This document shows positions 63,210 through 64,000 of a stretch of 64,000 nt of DNA, piece by piece. Every line of letters begins with the position of its first letter. Within the stretch, counting starts at the first letter, position 1. A model generated the notes under the pieces. That model saw only the letters and a program-made list of their open reading frames with translations, was not told the origin of the DNA and made no database searches. Both the position numbers and the translations under genes were made by a program. Source of the DNA: Ochotona princeps (taxonomy: Eukaryota); contig NC_080837.1 of NCBI RefSeq assembly GCF_030435755.1, forward strand, positions 45,011,563 through 45,075,562. The letters are read 5' to 3'.

Positions 63210-63371
63210 CTTGTGTGGCATTAAATGAAACCAAGAAAGTTAACCCTGGTAATGCAGCCAAAGAGGACCCTCCCCCTGCGAAGAAAACTCGAAAATGCCA
63301 GAAAGTGGAGGTGAAAAAGGAGCCTGTGTCTGCAGGAAAGGCTGACAAGGATGGCACAGAAGATGAGCAAG
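63210..63371 (+). CDS. PARP2: PARP2 coding exon 2 (ACVALNETKKVNPGNAAKEDPPPAKKTRKCQKVEVKKEPVSAGKADKDGTEDEQ)
   Basis: Acceptor tgttcttag|CT, donor CAAG|gtggga; 162 nt, phase 1 to 1; matches human ALNESKRVNNGNTAPEDSSPAKKTRRCQRQESKKMPVAGGKANKDRTEDKQ, including the lysine-rich nuclear localisation signal (KKTRKCQK). Confidence 0.8.
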
Positions 63372-63748
63372 GTGGGAGGGCACGCAACGGGTCCTGGGAG
63401 GAGTGGCTGGTGGGCTGTGATCAGTTGCTCTTCAGTCATGTCTTCCTCTTTGGGGTTAGAATTCGTTTCTCTATCCTCGGTACATACCACAGGACTCATC
63501 CATTTCTTTTACTTAGTGTTTTTTGAGATAACGTGTTTAAATTTACGTAATAGTCAAAGGTTTAATGCTCTCCTGAAGAACTCAGCAAATGAATACAAAG
63601 TAGAAATCTACTTTGTTGAATCTTCCTTTTCGTATTTGGGAGTGGCTCAGAACCAAAGCAGGAGACCAGGAGTGTATGGGAAGGGCAGGGTTAATTCTGG
63701 CAGATTTGTGCCTAATGGTGACAGCTGTCGCCTGCTGTCTTTCCCCAG

Positions 63749-63819
63749 TTTCTGTGAAGTCGTTGCTCATCAAGGGCAAAGCCCCCGTGGACCCAGAATG
63801 CACAACCAAGGTGGGAAAG
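63749..63819 (+). CDS. PARP2: PARP2 coding exon 3 (VSVKSLLIKGKAPVDPECTTKVGK); gene continues beyond the window
   Basis: Acceptor ttccccag|TT, donor AAG|gtaagg; 71 nt; matches human SVKALLLKGKAPVDPECTAKVGK. Confidence 0.8.
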
Positions 63820-64000
63820 GTAAGGACTGGAACCAATCCCCAACCCGGAGGTTTCTCAGAAAGCGGTGATCTTCTGTAGGCTCATGTCTTCAAGTGATGC
63901 CAGAATTCATTTAAGAAACTAAAATTTAACTCATGCTGAGCTTTCTCCAAGGGGGAGAACAGGAGTGGTCTGGGATTAATCATGTTAGTATTTTAACACA

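Noticed and set aside
63351-63879. 172-aa and 88-aa plus-strand ORFs
   Set aside because: They run through PARP2 intron 2 and exon 3 in the wrong frame or as intronic read-through. The real PARP2 reading frame uses the spliced exons 63210-63371 and 63749-63819.
1-64000. Possible tRNA genes
   Set aside because: Every tRNA-like cloverleaf segment seen is the 5' head of a CSINE (tRNA-derived SINE) followed by the SINE body and A tail. None are standalone tRNA genes with a terminator.
1-64000. Prokaryotic-type systems (CRISPR arrays, operons, defence islands)
   Set aside because: The sequence is clearly mammalian: spliced genes, CpG islands, SINE/LINE content. There are no direct-repeat/spacer arrays or dense co-oriented ORF clusters.

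Overview
This window is mammalian nuclear DNA, almost certainly lagomorph (rabbit-like): it carries dozens of tRNA-derived C-repeat SINEs (CSINE) with the ...CTCTGTATATCTGACTTT..AATAAATAAATCTTT(A)n tail. The gene order matches human 14q11.2: an intact OR11H4-like olfactory receptor (+, 101-1045); TTC5 (-, 10 coding exons, 23137-42214, encoding 440 aa with exon junctions that match the human protein); CCNB1IP1/HEI10 (-, 3 coding exons 45404-48294 encoding 277 aa, plus upstream non-coding exon and CpG islands); an intronic box C/D snoRNA resembling SNORD126 (-, 54001-54077); the RNase P RNA gene RPPH1 (-, ~61170-61500) with a type-3 Pol III promoter; and the first three coding exons of PARP2 (+, from 61712), divergently transcribed from RPPH1 about 210 bp away. 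The rest is interspersed repeats (CSINEs, some nested or flanked by perfect target-site duplications; L1 3' termini), microsatellites and a degenerate satellite-like block downstream of the OR gene. I found no prokaryotic-style or obviously novel system. The most notable unannotated items are the snoRNA, the Pol III gene with its promoter and terminator, and a candidate distal CCNB1IP1 promoter/first exon 1 kb from RPPH1. Exon coordinates were derived by hand from the homology reading frame and splice-site inspection and may be off by a few bases. Repeat boundaries are approximate.
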